From an uncultured Gemmatimonadaceae bacterium (GTDB lineage: Bacteria > Gemmatimonadota > Gemmatimonadetes > Gemmatimonadales > Gemmatimonadaceae): DNA of 64,000 nucleotides. The stretch is from contig CAWBOC010000007.1 in NCBI GenBank assembly GCA_963790305.1, positions 128,001-192,000 of the forward strand, in the 5' to 3' direction. A program made the position numbers and the translations under genes. Below, piece after piece: positions 1 through 10,141 of the stretch. How positions within the stretch are numbered: the stretch's first letter is position 1; each line of letters starts with the position of its first letter. The notes below the pieces were generated by a model. The model was not told where the DNA came from. It ran no database searches and was given only the letters and a program-made list of their open reading frames with translations.

Positions 1-139
1 CGCGGCGATTCGGCGCCCTGCGCACGACCCTCCGGAGCGCGGCGGGAATGACCTCGCTCAACGACGAATGGCGCCTCCCGCGAAGGAACCGCTTCGAGAC
101 GCCCTCGAAGGCAACGAGCGCGCTCGCGGTCGAGGTCAT
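1..139 (-). CDS. ABC transporter ATP-binding subunit (Wzt-like), N-terminus only, runs off window
   Basis: ATG at 139 overlaps the upstream stop (ATGA); translates MTSTASALVAFEGVSKRFLRGRRHSSLSE..., typical Wzt start; same operon as the ABC-2 permease. Confidence 0.7.
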   Translation of the reverse strand, partial: MTSTASALVAFEGVSKRFLRGRRHSSLSEVIPAALRRVVRRAPNRR

Positions 140-1329
140 CGACGTAGGCGCATCGCGCGAAGAACGCCGCCGAGCGGTCGACGAATCACGGCCATGCCGG
201 CACGAACCCGGCTGCGGCGGCGCGTGCGAGCGAACGAGCGATCGATGGCGCGCGCGGCGTCGACACGCCCCTTCGCGAGCGCGAGCTTCCGTATGTCCTG
301 AAGCTCGCGGTGGTCGAAAGGATGCGAGCAGTCGAACCGCGCCACCTGACGGAGGTCGATCGTCTTTCGCGGAAAGGCATCGCATCGGGCGAGCGCGCCG
401 CAGATGTCGAGCGCCAGCATCGTCCTCAGACACTTGTTGCACGCACCGCAATTCTCGTCCGACTCCGATTCGTAGCAGACGTGCAATGCGCGGAGCGCCG
501 GATCGCACCCGGCCAGACTCTCGATCTTCTCCGTGCGAAGATAGGCGATCGCATCGTAGACGATCGCGGTCCGGGACGTGGAGAAGAGTGGGTCGGTCGC
601 GGGATGCGATCCCCAGGAGTGGAGATCCCGATACGCGACGCTACCCGCGATGTAGGCAGTGTGGAAGCGCTGCTCCAGGAAGAGCGCAATGCACGCGAGG
701 CCCGCGCCATGCGCGAGGTACGACCACTGTGCTTCCCGCCATCGCGTCGAGCGGAGGTTCGTCGCCACGTCGATCAAGTGCTTGCCGAGCTCGTATGCCG
801 CGACTCGGTGCCGGTCGCGCAATCGCGCGAACGCATCGGCACGCTCGAGCGGCACGTCGAACCCCCATACCGTGATCAGATCGTCGACCGGTGCCCGCTC
901 GGCGGGCGCGGCCAGCGGACGAGACCGAACGGCGGTGAAGAACGAGTCCACTCCGCCGGAAAAGAACGCCGCCGCCTTCGCCGGTCGCATATCGGATGAG
1001 TCGGGGGTCGTCGGCGCCTCGATGGGTACGACCGAAACGCCGGGATACCACGCCGACCAAATGCGCATCAGCCGCTCGGCATTCGCCAGGAGCGGTGCGT
1101 CGACGGGAAGTGGAACGCGCAGCCTCTCGCCCGTATGCGCCGCCAGCGGGAGCAGGCACGCAAGCCAGGGATTGCCCGACGTCGAGAGATCGGCAGCGTG
1201 CTCCTTCGGAATGTCCAGCCAATACTCCTCGCCCGCGACCGATCCGGCGTCATATCGAACTTCGGCGCGGATTCTCGTGCGATCGGCGCCCCGTGGCGAC
1301 GCAACCAGGTCGATGTCGCGGACTTCCAT
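136..1329 (-). CDS. PP-loop (QueC-like) nucleotide-binding protein with Cys cluster, glycan-locus associated
   Basis: FFSGGVDS PP-loop and C-terminal C..NCGACNKC motif; lies between wzm and wzt. Confidence 0.7.
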   Translation of the reverse strand: MEVRDIDLVASPRGADRTRIRAEVRYDAGSVAGEEYWLDIPKEHAADLSTSGNPWLACLLPLAAHTGERLRVPLPVDAPLLANAERLMRIWSAWYPGVSVVPIEAPTTPDSSDMRPAKAAAFFSGGVDSFFTAVRSRPLAAPAERAPVDDLITVWGFDVPLERADAFARLRDRHRVAAYELGKHLIDVATNLRSTRWREAQWSYLAHGAGLACIALFLEQRFHTAYIAGSVAYRDLHSWGSHPATDPLFSTSRTAIVYDAIAYLRTEKIESLAGCDPALRALHVCYESESDENCGACNKCLRTMLALDICGALARCDAFPRKTIDLRQVARFDCSHPFDHRELQDIRKLALAKGRVDAARAIDRSFARTRRRSRVRAGMAVIRRPLGGVLRAMRLRR

Positions 1330-1332
1330 CGC

Positions 1333-2193
1333 TCAGATTTCCTCGGCGAAGCGGAATTCCGCGCGATGAAAGAGGATCCAGCTCGAGACAAACGTCAGGA
1401 CGGCGATCACAGCCGCGGCGGCGAACGGTCCGGCCTCCGGAAGGGTGCCGCGAAGCAGCACGTCCCGATACGCATCGATGATTGGCGTCATCGGGTTCAG
1501 CTGGAGCACGCGACCGAGCGTGCCGCCAATGCGCTCGACCGGGTACAGGACTGCTGTCGCGAACATCCACACCGTGAGTACCAGCTCGAAGATGTGCTTC
1601 ACGTCGGTGTAGAACAGATGAGCCATCGAGACCAGAAGAGCGAGTCCCGCCGTGAACGCGAGCTGTACGAGAACGATGACCGGGATGAATGTGATGCTCC
1701 AACCAACGTCGATGCCGTAGTACCACATCAGCAGAGCCAGCACGGTCGACGCGACGACGAAATCGAACAGAGAGACGAGAACGGCGGAGAACGGGAGGAC
1801 CTCGCGCGGAAAATAGACCTTCGTGACGAGATTGGGATTCGCGGTGAGCGAGGTGCCGGCGAACCGCAGCGACGCCGCGAACAGATTCCACGACCAGAGC
1901 CCGACGTACGCGTACACCGGATACGGGCTGCCGGTGTCGAGCGGGACGACGCGCGTGAAGACGACCGAGAAGATGAGCATCTGGAGAAGCGGCGCGAATA
2001 CCGCCCATCCAAATCCCATGACCGAGTTCTGGTAGCGGAGACTCAGATCGCGGCGCACGAGAGCATGGAGCAGCTCGACGTACTCGCGCTGCTCGCGAAC
2101 CATCTCGGCGACTTCGGCCATGACGGACCAGGACGTCGCCGACCCACGCCTTTCCTCGCTACGGAGTAGCGACGTGTCGGGCCCGTCGGTCAT
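1333..2193 (-). CDS. wzm: ABC-2 type polysaccharide export permease (Wzm-like)
   Basis: RDLSLRYQNSVMGFGW, LVTKVYFPRE, LNPMTPIIDAYR and FAEEI motifs; about six TM segments. Confidence 0.9.
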   Translation of the reverse strand: MTDGPDTSLLRSEERRGSATSWSVMAEVAEMVREQREYVELLHALVRRDLSLRYQNSVMGFGWAVFAPLLQMLIFSVVFTRVVPLDTGSPYPVYAYVGLWSWNLFAASLRFAGTSLTANPNLVTKVYFPREVLPFSAVLVSLFDFVVASTVLALLMWYYGIDVGWSITFIPVIVLVQLAFTAGLALLVSMAHLFYTDVKHIFELVLTVWMFATAVLYPVERIGGTLGRVLQLNPMTPIIDAYRDVLLRGTLPEAGPFAAAAVIAVLTFVSSWILFHRAEFRFAEEI

Positions 2194-2429
2194 CAGGGTG
2201 GGTTCCGGAAGGGTCGCGCGTTAGGCGGGGCGCGCGTCTGGAAAAGAAAAGTCGGGCAGCTCGCATGAATCACGATCCGCCCGACTTTATCGATCGATCC
2301 AACTTAAGAGAGAGTGCCGCCCGACATGTGAGCCTCCTGAGGACGTGGATTTGCCATTCTGTTCACGCCTCCCCTTGCTCGCTAAACTATGCGCCCCCGG
2401 CGATCCGTCAATGGTATCCCTCCGAGGCA

Positions 2430-4220
2430 ATGGCGAATTTTCTGGTGATCGTCGACCCGGATACCGCCCGGCGACACGCGTTCATCCGGCGGGCAGAGTC
2501 GCGGCTGGCGCTGGTCGACGGGCTTTCGGTAGCCCGCCTCGATCACGGCGACTTCAGCGCCCTTTGGGCGGCCAGCCCGCGCGCGCCGACAAGCCAACAT
2601 GCCGGTTCGGACTCCGCGGCGCTCGTGTGGGGGCACGCGCTCCAGCCGAATGGGCCGATCACCGCCGAGCAGGTGGCGAAGCAGTGGACCGGATCGGCCG
2701 CCGCTCCGCCGCCCGCATTCGATGGGTATTTCGCGGCCGCCGCCTTTTGCCGCGATGGCGGCCTCGTCGTGGGAGCGGACCTCCTCGGCCTCTTCCCCGT
2801 CTACTATGCCGCGATCGACGACGTGTGCATCGCGAGCGCGACGCCCGAGCCGTTTCGGTTCCACCCGTACTTTCCCACGGCGGTCGATCACGAAGGACTG
2901 GTGGGCCTGCTGATCGTGCGAGCCCCGCTTGGCGGCAGGACCCTCCTTCGAGGGGTCTCGCGATTGTCGGCCGCTCATGCGCTGGTGTGGAAGCGGGGAG
3001 CCCCGCCGAAGGAGGTTCGTCAGTATCGAATTCCCGTAACAGAACCCACTGATCGCGCCAACTTCTCCGACCACGTCGCGGCACTCGATGACGCGCTCGC
3101 GGGGGCTGTGAAGCGACACGCCGCCTCAGCGGCCGCGCGGGGGATTCTCCTTTCCGGCGGTCGGGATTCGCGCATGTGGGCCGGCTATCTCGCTGAGGAG
3201 AACTCTCCCCTCCACGCCCTTACGCTGGGCGAGCGCGGCGACTTCGAGGTCGAATGCGCTGCTCCGGTCGCGGCGGCGTTAGGTACGATGCACGACATTG
3301 CGTCAGTCGATGACGCCGCGTACCCGTGGGCTGCGAACATTCAGGCGAACCAGGAGCATCTCATTGGCGGCTTCGGCAACGTCTTCATGTGGGGGCTCAT
3401 GGAGCCCCTTCGGCGGCTGCCGCCAACCGTTGTCACCGGCTATCTCACCGACTCCATCATCACCGGAAAGAGCATTACGCCCGGGCTCCAGGACTTCGAT
3501 ATCGTGTTGCCGAGGCTCGTACACCTGGCGCTCGCTCCCGAACAGCTCGCGCGCCTGTTGCGCCCCGACGTCTTCGGATCAGTGATCGAGGAGACTGTCG
3601 AGCGTCTTCGCGTGGCCTGGAACGACACCGCACCTCCGGAGCAGCAGCGCGCGTGGCGATTCCAGATCGCGCATTCGGAGCGGTGCCACGTCGGAGCGAT
3701 CCCGTGGCGACTCTCCTTCGGCGCGTGGCCCATACTTCCCGTGCTCGACCGGCGCGTGCTCGACACCGTTGGCGCTCTTCCCGCACCGAGCCTCGCCAAC
3801 CGAAGGGCGCAGGACGCGATCCTGCGGGCCCGTTTTCCGCGTTTGGCACGCCTTCCGCACGTGGCAGCGAACGGCGACGTCGTGGATCCGCTTCTCCCAT
3901 CCTTCCGCGCGCGCGTCGCGCGCACCGTGAGTCGCCTAACGCGCGGACGGTGGCGGCCGAACAGGGCCCCGTCCGCTGGCGAGCGGGATCGGAGGTTCAA
4001 CTACCGGATGTACGATTTCAACTCTCCCGGCTGGCGCGGCATCCGACAGCGGGCCGAGCCGGAACGCGAGCGCCTGGCGAGCCTGTTCAACATGGACGAG
4101 CTTCGAGCGTTCATTCCTCCTCCCGACGCGACGCTCGCCGTCAAGCATGGGATCTTCGACACCGTGGGCCGTAAGCTCCTTCTGGGCCTCATGCTGTGGG
4201 CGCGGGAGCATCTCCCCTGA
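2430..4220 (+). CDS. Asparagine synthetase-like (Ntn + PP-loop) protein
   Basis: DLLGLFPVYY, LLSGGRDS and PVLDRRV motifs; GAGG before ATG 2430; no N-terminal Cys. Confidence 0.8.
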   Translation: MANFLVIVDPDTARRHAFIRRAESRLALVDGLSVARLDHGDFSALWAASPRAPTSQHAGSDSAALVWGHALQPNGPITAEQVAKQWTGSAAAPPPAFDGYFAAAAFCRDGGLVVGADLLGLFPVYYAAIDDVCIASATPEPFRFHPYFPTAVDHEGLVGLLIVRAPLGGRTLLRGVSRLSAAHALVWKRGAPPKEVRQYRIPVTEPTDRANFSDHVAALDDALAGAVKRHAASAAARGILLSGGRDSRMWAGYLAEENSPLHALTLGERGDFEVECAAPVAAALGTMHDIASVDDAAYPWAANIQANQEHLIGGFGNVFMWGLMEPLRRLPPTVVTGYLTDSIITGKSITPGLQDFDIVLPRLVHLALAPEQLARLLRPDVFGSVIEETVERLRVAWNDTAPPEQQRAWRFQIAHSERCHVGAIPWRLSFGAWPILPVLDRRVLDTVGALPAPSLANRRAQDAILRARFPRLARLPHVAANGDVVDPLLPSFRARVARTVSRLTRGRWRPNRAPSAGERDRRFNYRMYDFNSPGWRGIRQRAEPERERLASLFNMDELRAFIPPPDATLAVKHGIFDTVGRKLLLGLMLWAREHLP

Positions 4221-5449
4221 CTCACCCTCTCGCCACCCCCGCACTGCCGCACGTCCTTTTCCTGATCAACGATTTGCGCATGGGTGGCGCAGAACGGTCT
4301 CTCGTCAATTTCGTCAATCACGTCCACCGCATTCGGCCTTCGGTCGTGCTCATCGAGACCGCCGCCGATTTGCTCGCCGAGCTCCCCGGTGAGCTGAACG
4401 TCTACTCGCTCGAGACGCGTGAGCCGGTTCCGCTGTCCGGAGATGAGCTTCAGTCGGCCCGTATCGCGGCAGCAGCCGCGCGCGGAGGTCGCCCGCCTGG
4501 TCAGACGGCGCTCGAGCTGCCGGAGCTGCTTCGCAAGGCGGTATTGCTCGCGCGTCTCGCGCGCGCGACGAACGCGGCGGTGGTCTCGACATTTCTCAAT
4601 CGGTCACATACGATCGCGATCCTCGCGAAAGCGCTGTTCGCGCCGCGACTCCGCATCGTGATCAACGTTCACGAGATGCTGTCGGATCATCTGAACCGTT
4701 TCTTTTCTCCAATGGAACGGCGATTCATGCGGGCCTTCATCCGGCATGGCTTTCCGCGCGCGGAGGCGATCGTCGCGGTCTCCGATGGGGTGAAGCAGGA
4801 TCTGGTCAGGCACTTCTCCATAGCGCCCGATCGGATCACGGTGGTACCCAATCCCGTCAACATCGAGCGAATCCGACATCTCGGCGCCGACGCGCTCGAC
4901 ATCGAGCACGCCTCCGCGCTGGTTGTAGCCGTGGGACGACTGGTGCACCTCAAGGGCTTCGACCTCTTGATTCGTGCGTTCGCCAAGCTTCGGCTCTCGC
5001 CTCCCCCCAGGCTGATCATCATCGGCGAGGGCGACCAGCGCGCGACGCTCGAGACGCTGATCGCCGAGCTGCGCCTCGGCGATCGCGTCACCCTGCTCGG
5101 CAGGCAGGCGAATCCGTGGAGGGTCATGGCGCGAGCCGACGTCGTAGCGCTGGCATCGCGATCGGAGGCATTTCCGAACGTCATCGGCGAAGCGCTCGCG
5201 CTCGGTCGTCCGGTGATCGCCACCGAGTGCTCGCCCGGCATCGCTGAGTATCTGGATCATGGACGGTACGGCGTGCTCGTCCCCCCTGAGGATGTGGACG
5301 CGCTCGCGGCCGGCCTCGAGCGAATGCTCACCGACGAGGATCTACGGCGCGAGCTCACCACGCATGGGGTGAGGCGCGTCGAGGCGTTCGCCCTTCAGCC
5401 GGTCGTCGAGCGCTACGAAACCACCCTCCTCGCCGGCACGCGGGCGTGA
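4196..5449 (+). CDS. Glycosyltransferase family 4 (GT-B); start uncertain
   Basis: GGAER, VGRLVHLKG and EAFPNVIGEA motifs. Confidence 0.9.
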   Translation: MGAGASPLTHPLATPALPHVLFLINDLRMGGAERSLVNFVNHVHRIRPSVVLIETAADLLAELPGELNVYSLETREPVPLSGDELQSARIAAAAARGGRPPGQTALELPELLRKAVLLARLARATNAAVVSTFLNRSHTIAILAKALFAPRLRIVINVHEMLSDHLNRFFSPMERRFMRAFIRHGFPRAEAIVAVSDGVKQDLVRHFSIAPDRITVVPNPVNIERIRHLGADALDIEHASALVVAVGRLVHLKGFDLLIRAFAKLRLSPPPRLIIIGEGDQRATLETLIAELRLGDRVTLLGRQANPWRVMARADVVALASRSEAFPNVIGEALALGRPVIATECSPGIAEYLDHGRYGVLVPPEDVDALAAGLERMLTDEDLRRELTTHGVRRVEAFALQPVVERYETTLLAGTRA

Positions 5450-6531
5450 GCCGCATCGTCACCGTGTACAGCGGTTCGCTGCGACCAGCGCGCCAGGTCG
5501 AAATGGGATTCATCCGGTGGTTCCGGGTGTCCGCCGCGCTCGCCGCGCTGGGACATAGCGTCGACATCGCGAGCGCCGAGCTTCGGCGTCGCTTGTTCCG
5601 AAGCGTCGAGACGATCGAGCCGAACCTGCGCATCGTGCCCATCTCCCGCGTGCGGTGGCGCGACTACGATGTCGTGAAGACGCTCTTTCACAGCGGGTTC
5701 GAGACACTCGAGCGATACGGAGGCGCAGACCATCCCTTCATCATCGCGAAGCTGGGCTCGGTCGTGGGCCCGACGGATATGGAAGGTGTCTTTTTCTATG
5801 GCAAGCAGCGAGAGGACATGTTCCGCATCCAGGAACGGATTGCCCGTGTCGCCCGCTACGTCACACTGCTGAGCGAGCCCGCCGTCGATCTGTGGCGCAG
5901 CGCCCACGGCCCGGGTACCCGGGTGCTCGTCGTTCCAGGCGCGGCCAGCGCGGTGATTCCGCCTCCGACGCGCAGCCCATATCCCCGCGACGGACGAGCC
6001 CCGGTGGTCTTTGCGGGCAACTTCTACAGCCAGCATCGCGGGAGCCAGCCCGAGGCACACCGGACGCTCGCGAGCAAGCTCAATCGGCTCGGTGCCTTGC
6101 TTCACGAGCGCGCGGCGCGTCTGTATGTGGTGGGCACCGGCGATCGGCACAGCCTCGATGCGCACCACGTCAGCTATTGCGGCGAGGTGCCTTACGACGA
6201 CTCCTGGGACTACATGTACTTTGCCGCAGTGGGAATCGTCGTCACCGCCGGCGGTCGCATGCACAACAACGAGAGCACGAAGATCTACCACTATCTGCGC
6301 GCGGGGCTCCCCGTGGTCAGCGAGGCCGGTTTTCCGAACGATCACGTGGTCACCGAATCGGGTCTCGGGCACGTCGTCGAGAACGGCGACCTTGAAGCGA
6401 TGGCGCACCGCATCGAGGAATCGCTGCACACCCGGTGGGACCGAGAGCGCGCCGTCCGCTACATCCTCGACCAGCACACCTGGGAGAAGAGAGCGGAGAT
6501 TTACGACCACGTGCTTCGCGGCACTGAATGA
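5446..6531 (+). CDS. GT-B fold glycosyltransferase
   Basis: KIYHYLRAGLPVVS and HTWEKRA; overlaps neighbouring genes. Confidence 0.8.
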   Translation: MSRIVTVYSGSLRPARQVEMGFIRWFRVSAALAALGHSVDIASAELRRRLFRSVETIEPNLRIVPISRVRWRDYDVVKTLFHSGFETLERYGGADHPFIIAKLGSVVGPTDMEGVFFYGKQREDMFRIQERIARVARYVTLLSEPAVDLWRSAHGPGTRVLVVPGAASAVIPPPTRSPYPRDGRAPVVFAGNFYSQHRGSQPEAHRTLASKLNRLGALLHERAARLYVVGTGDRHSLDAHHVSYCGEVPYDDSWDYMYFAAVGIVVTAGGRMHNNESTKIYHYLRAGLPVVSEAGFPNDHVVTESGLGHVVENGDLEAMAHRIEESLHTRWDRERAVRYILDQHTWEKRAEIYDHVLRGTE

Positions 6532-8099
6532 CTGCGCCGCAGCCGACAGCTACCGGCTACTTCCGCACGAGCGCCGGCCAGTGGACCATCGCGGCGGCTT
6601 TCCTGGTCGTGTTCGTCGCGCTCTCCTGGCTGCAGCGCGTTCCCTCGCTGACGACTGCCAACGACGACGCGACGTATGTCCTGCTTTCGCGATCCCTTCG
6701 CGATGGCGGGTACAACTCGATCCATCTCGTGGGCGCCCCTGTCCACACGAAGTATCCGCCGGTGTTTCCCGTGTTGCTCGCGGGTGTGTCCGCCGTTGCC
6801 GGGGAGTCGATCGACGCCTTCCTGGCGGTGAACATCGCTCTGTCGGTCGCGGCGCTGGCCCTCATCTTCGCAGTCACCAGGCGCCTTTTCCCGCCGGTCG
6901 TCGCGTTCGGCGCCCTCGCGATGGCCGCGTCCAACCCATCCCTCCACGGCACATCCGGCACGGTGATGAGCGAGCCCGCGTTCCTCGCTCTCATCGCGTT
7001 GACGGTCTGGATGCTCTCACGAGTGCCGCTGACGACGCGAAGCATCGCGCTGGCCTGTGCGTGCGCGACGCTCGCGGCGCTCGCTCGGACCGTCGGCGCG
7101 ACCCTCGTTCTGGCGGTGCTCGCCTTCCTCCTGCTCGAGCGACGGTGGCGCTCGGCCGCCGTGTACGCAGGTGTCATTGCGCTGGCGGTGGTCGGTGCGT
7201 CGCTCTGGCTGCGGTCCCGCGCGATGCCGGAGCTCGCGGCCGATTACATCACTGACGCGCTCACGACAGGAACCCAGACATCACCGAATCCAGTCACGCT
7301 CCTCGCCGGGCGCGTTGTCGCGAACGCTCCGCAGTATGCCGCCACGCTCCTCTCGGTGTTCTCGTTTCCGACGATCGGTGGGACGATCATCGACAACCTG
7401 CTGTGGCTGGCGATCACGTGCGTGGGACTGGCAGCTGGTCTCCTTCTCCTCTGGCGACGCTGGAGAATCGTTCCCCTCTTCGCGCTCATCTATGGCGCGC
7501 TACTCCTTGCCTGGCCGTGGGTGATTGGGCGCTTCGTCGTGCCGTTGCTTCCACTCCTCGCTGTCGCGTTCGTCGCCGGAACCTACGCGCTGCTCGAGCG
7601 ATGGGGCTCCCGGCCCGCGTTCGCGGTCGTGATGGCGCTCGTGGCGATCATTACGATCACGGGATTCACCCGAGCCGCGTTGCGGGTGGCGACGAGATCG
7701 CAATGCGAGCGCGAGCAGGCGATGCTCGCTCCCTCGTGCTTCAACGCCGATCAGCTGAGCTTCTTCGCCGCCGCGCGATACGTCGGGGACCACACACCAT
7801 CCTCGGCCATCGTGATGAGCGCGTATGAGGGGACGTTCTTCTATCTCGCGAACCGCCGCCTGGTGCCGGTCGATTCGATCAACGCACTCCCACCGGAGGA
7901 TGCCGCGGCATTTCTGCGGCGTGAGAACGTCTCTTACGCAGTGGTGAATCACGTGGCCTTCGCTGCCCTTCCCTTCTCGGAACGCTTGCTGAGCGCATGC
8001 AATTACCTGGAGCCGGTCGCCGAGTTTCCGCCACGAACGACGGTCTTCCGAGTGCTCCCGAGCGCAGCACGGGATGCAGCGGGCGTGCGGAATGCTTGA
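6528..8099 (+). CDS. Polytopic membrane glycosyltransferase (ArnT/PMT, GT-C-like)
   Basis: DD..Y early motif, YPPVFP, MSEP; many TM helices. Confidence 0.75.
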   Translation: MTAPQPTATGYFRTSAGQWTIAAAFLVVFVALSWLQRVPSLTTANDDATYVLLSRSLRDGGYNSIHLVGAPVHTKYPPVFPVLLAGVSAVAGESIDAFLAVNIALSVAALALIFAVTRRLFPPVVAFGALAMAASNPSLHGTSGTVMSEPAFLALIALTVWMLSRVPLTTRSIALACACATLAALARTVGATLVLAVLAFLLLERRWRSAAVYAGVIALAVVGASLWLRSRAMPELAADYITDALTTGTQTSPNPVTLLAGRVVANAPQYAATLLSVFSFPTIGGTIIDNLLWLAITCVGLAAGLLLLWRRWRIVPLFALIYGALLLAWPWVIGRFVVPLLPLLAVAFVAGTYALLERWGSRPAFAVVMALVAIITITGFTRAALRVATRSQCEREQAMLAPSCFNADQLSFFAAARYVGDHTPSSAIVMSAYEGTFFYLANRRLVPVDSINALPPEDAAAFLRRENVSYAVVNHVAFAALPFSERLLSACNYLEPVAEFPPRTTVFRVLPSAARDAAGVRNA

Positions 8100-8167
8100 G
8101 GCATTCCGCCGCGGGGCCGGGGAGTTTCTGCCGCAGATTTTCTAGGAGTCCGCGCAAGTGCCGTAGT

Positions 8168-8262
8168 GCATCACCACAGAGGCACGGAGGACACGGAGAC
8201 GGCCAACTGCAGGGCGTTTGCAGTTGACCGTCTCCGTGTCCTCCGTGCCTCTGTGGTGATGC
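8168..8262. repeat. 44-bp-arm inverted repeat built from CACRGAG-type short tandem units
   Basis: gcatcaccacagaggcacggaggacacggagacggccaactgca (8168-8211), 7-nt loop, reverse complement at 8219-8262 with one mismatch. Confidence 0.95.
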
Positions 8263-8551
8263 GGTTGGCTAGTTGCGCGATGTGCCCGGCGGCGATCTGC
8301 CCTTGGACTGTTGCAGGCGAGCATCAGCGCGTGTTTCCGGCGCGACGTAGGGAGTCACAAAGCCAAAGGCGACCGCGGCATCGCCGGCTTGGATTCGAAT
8401 ACTTAACTCTCGCCCCACGAAGCTCTTAAGGCTCGCCTCGGCCACTCGAGCGGCCGCCCGCAATTTCCCTGGGCCCGGGCCGGGAAAATGCTCTCCCCGC
8501 AACGCCGCACGCACGGATCCCCGCCGCTGCCCCACCCGTATCGGAGTTTGC

Positions 8552-10141
8552 GTGAGACAGGGAACACGGCCGCTCCCCGAGGTGGCCGAGACGAGTGAAA
8601 TCGACGCCGAACACTCGCCTTGCCGTAGAGTAGATCGCCTCCGCTCCGAGGATCACGTCGTCATCGCCGGAGCGGGGCCCGCCGGGCTGACCGCTGCGTA
8701 TCTCCTGGCCAAGGAGGGAGCGCGCGTCACCGTGCTGGAAGCCGATGACGTCGTGGGTGGAATCGCGCGAACGGTCGAGTACCGGGGATACCGATTCGAT
8801 ATCGGCGGCCATCGCTTCTTCACCAAGATCGCGCCCGTCGAGGCCTTGTGGCGCGAGCTACTCGCCGACGACCTCATCAAGGTCCCGCGACTCTCTCGCA
8901 TTCACTATGACGGGCGGTACTTCGACTATCCGCTCAAGGCGACCAACGCCCTTCGCGGGCTCGGCTTCTTCAACACGCTTCGGGTCCTGGCGAGCTACAT
9001 CCGGGCGCACCTCTGGCCGAGCAAGGTCGAGGACACGTTCGAGCAGTGGGTGACCAACCGGTTCGGCCGTCGCCTCTACGAGATCTTCTTCAAGACGTAC
9101 ACCGAGAAGGTGTGGGGTATTCCCTGCTCCGAGATCCGGGCCGAGTGGGCCGCGCAGCGCATTCAGGGCCTGTCGCTATGGAAGGCGATGTGGTCGGCGA
9201 CCGCCCTGCAGCGGCGGTCCGACAGCATCAAGACGCTCATTCATGAGTTCGACTACCCGCGCCTCGGTCCCGGACAGATGTGGGAGCGTGCGCGCGATCG
9301 CGTGATCGAGATGGGCGGGGACGTGCGCACGAACCATCGCGTGGTCAAGCTCGAGCGTCGCGATGGTCGCGTGATCGCGGTGCGAGCGCGCACACCGCAC
9401 GGCGAAGTGCGAATTCCGACCGACCATTTCATCAGCACCATGCCGGTGGGAGAGCTCGTGCACGCGTGCACGCCGGAAGCGCCGCGGGCGGTACAGCGCG
9501 CAGGTGATGGATTGAATTACCGCGACCTGCTCGTCGTCGCGCTCATCGTGCGCCAGCCCGATCTGTTCCCGGACAACTGGATCTACATCCACACGCCGGG
9601 CGTACGCGTCGGTCGCATTCAGAATCTGAGTAACTGGAGCCGCGCGATGGTTCCCGACCCGGCGACGAGCTGCGTCGAGATGGAGTACTTCTGCTTCGAG
9701 GGCGACGAGCTGTGGACCCGTCGCGACGAAGACCTCATTGCGCTCGCGCAGCGTGAGCTCGCGCAACTTGGACTGGCGGACGCATCGCTCGTCGTTGACG
9801 GCACCGTGGTGCGCACGCCGAAAGCGTATCCCGTCTACGACTCGACGTACCGCTCACACCTCGATGTCGTGCGCCGCTGGCTGGATGGCATCCCGAACCT
9901 GCACACCATTGGGCGCAATGGGATGCACAAGTACAACAACCAGGACCACTCGATGCTCACGGCCATGCTCGCGCTCGACAACATGCATGGCGCCGCGCAC
10001 GACCTGTGGGAAGTGAACACCGACTACGAGTATCACGAGCATCAGCGTGTGACCGAGCCCGTCATCCGCCCCGCTCGCCGCGGGGCGCGATCCCGATCGC
10101 TCGGGCGCCGGTGGCTCACGCCGCAACCGGAAGTCACGTGA
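8552..10141 (+). CDS. FAD-dependent oxidoreductase (UDP-galactopyranose mutase/protoporphyrinogen oxidase-like); true start may be downstream
   Basis: GAGPAG Rossmann motif, FDIGGHRFF, AYPVY, GRNGMHKYNNQDH. Confidence 0.85.
   Translation: MRQGTRPLPEVAETSEIDAEHSPCRRVDRLRSEDHVVIAGAGPAGLTAAYLLAKEGARVTVLEADDVVGGIARTVEYRGYRFDIGGHRFFTKIAPVEALWRELLADDLIKVPRLSRIHYDGRYFDYPLKATNALRGLGFFNTLRVLASYIRAHLWPSKVEDTFEQWVTNRFGRRLYEIFFKTYTEKVWGIPCSEIRAEWAAQRIQGLSLWKAMWSATALQRRSDSIKTLIHEFDYPRLGPGQMWERARDRVIEMGGDVRTNHRVVKLERRDGRVIAVRARTPHGEVRIPTDHFISTMPVGELVHACTPEAPRAVQRAGDGLNYRDLLVVALIVRQPDLFPDNWIYIHTPGVRVGRIQNLSNWSRAMVPDPATSCVEMEYFCFEGDELWTRRDEDLIALAQRELAQLGLADASLVVDGTVVRTPKAYPVYDSTYRSHLDVVRRWLDGIPNLHTIGRNGMHKYNNQDHSMLTAMLALDNMHGAAHDLWEVNTDYEYHEHQRVTEPVIRPARRGARSRSLGRRWLTPQPEVT

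Noticed and set aside
2430..4220. Lasso peptide cyclase
   Set aside because: No precursor, B1/RRE or B2 protease nearby; the context is glycosyltransferases
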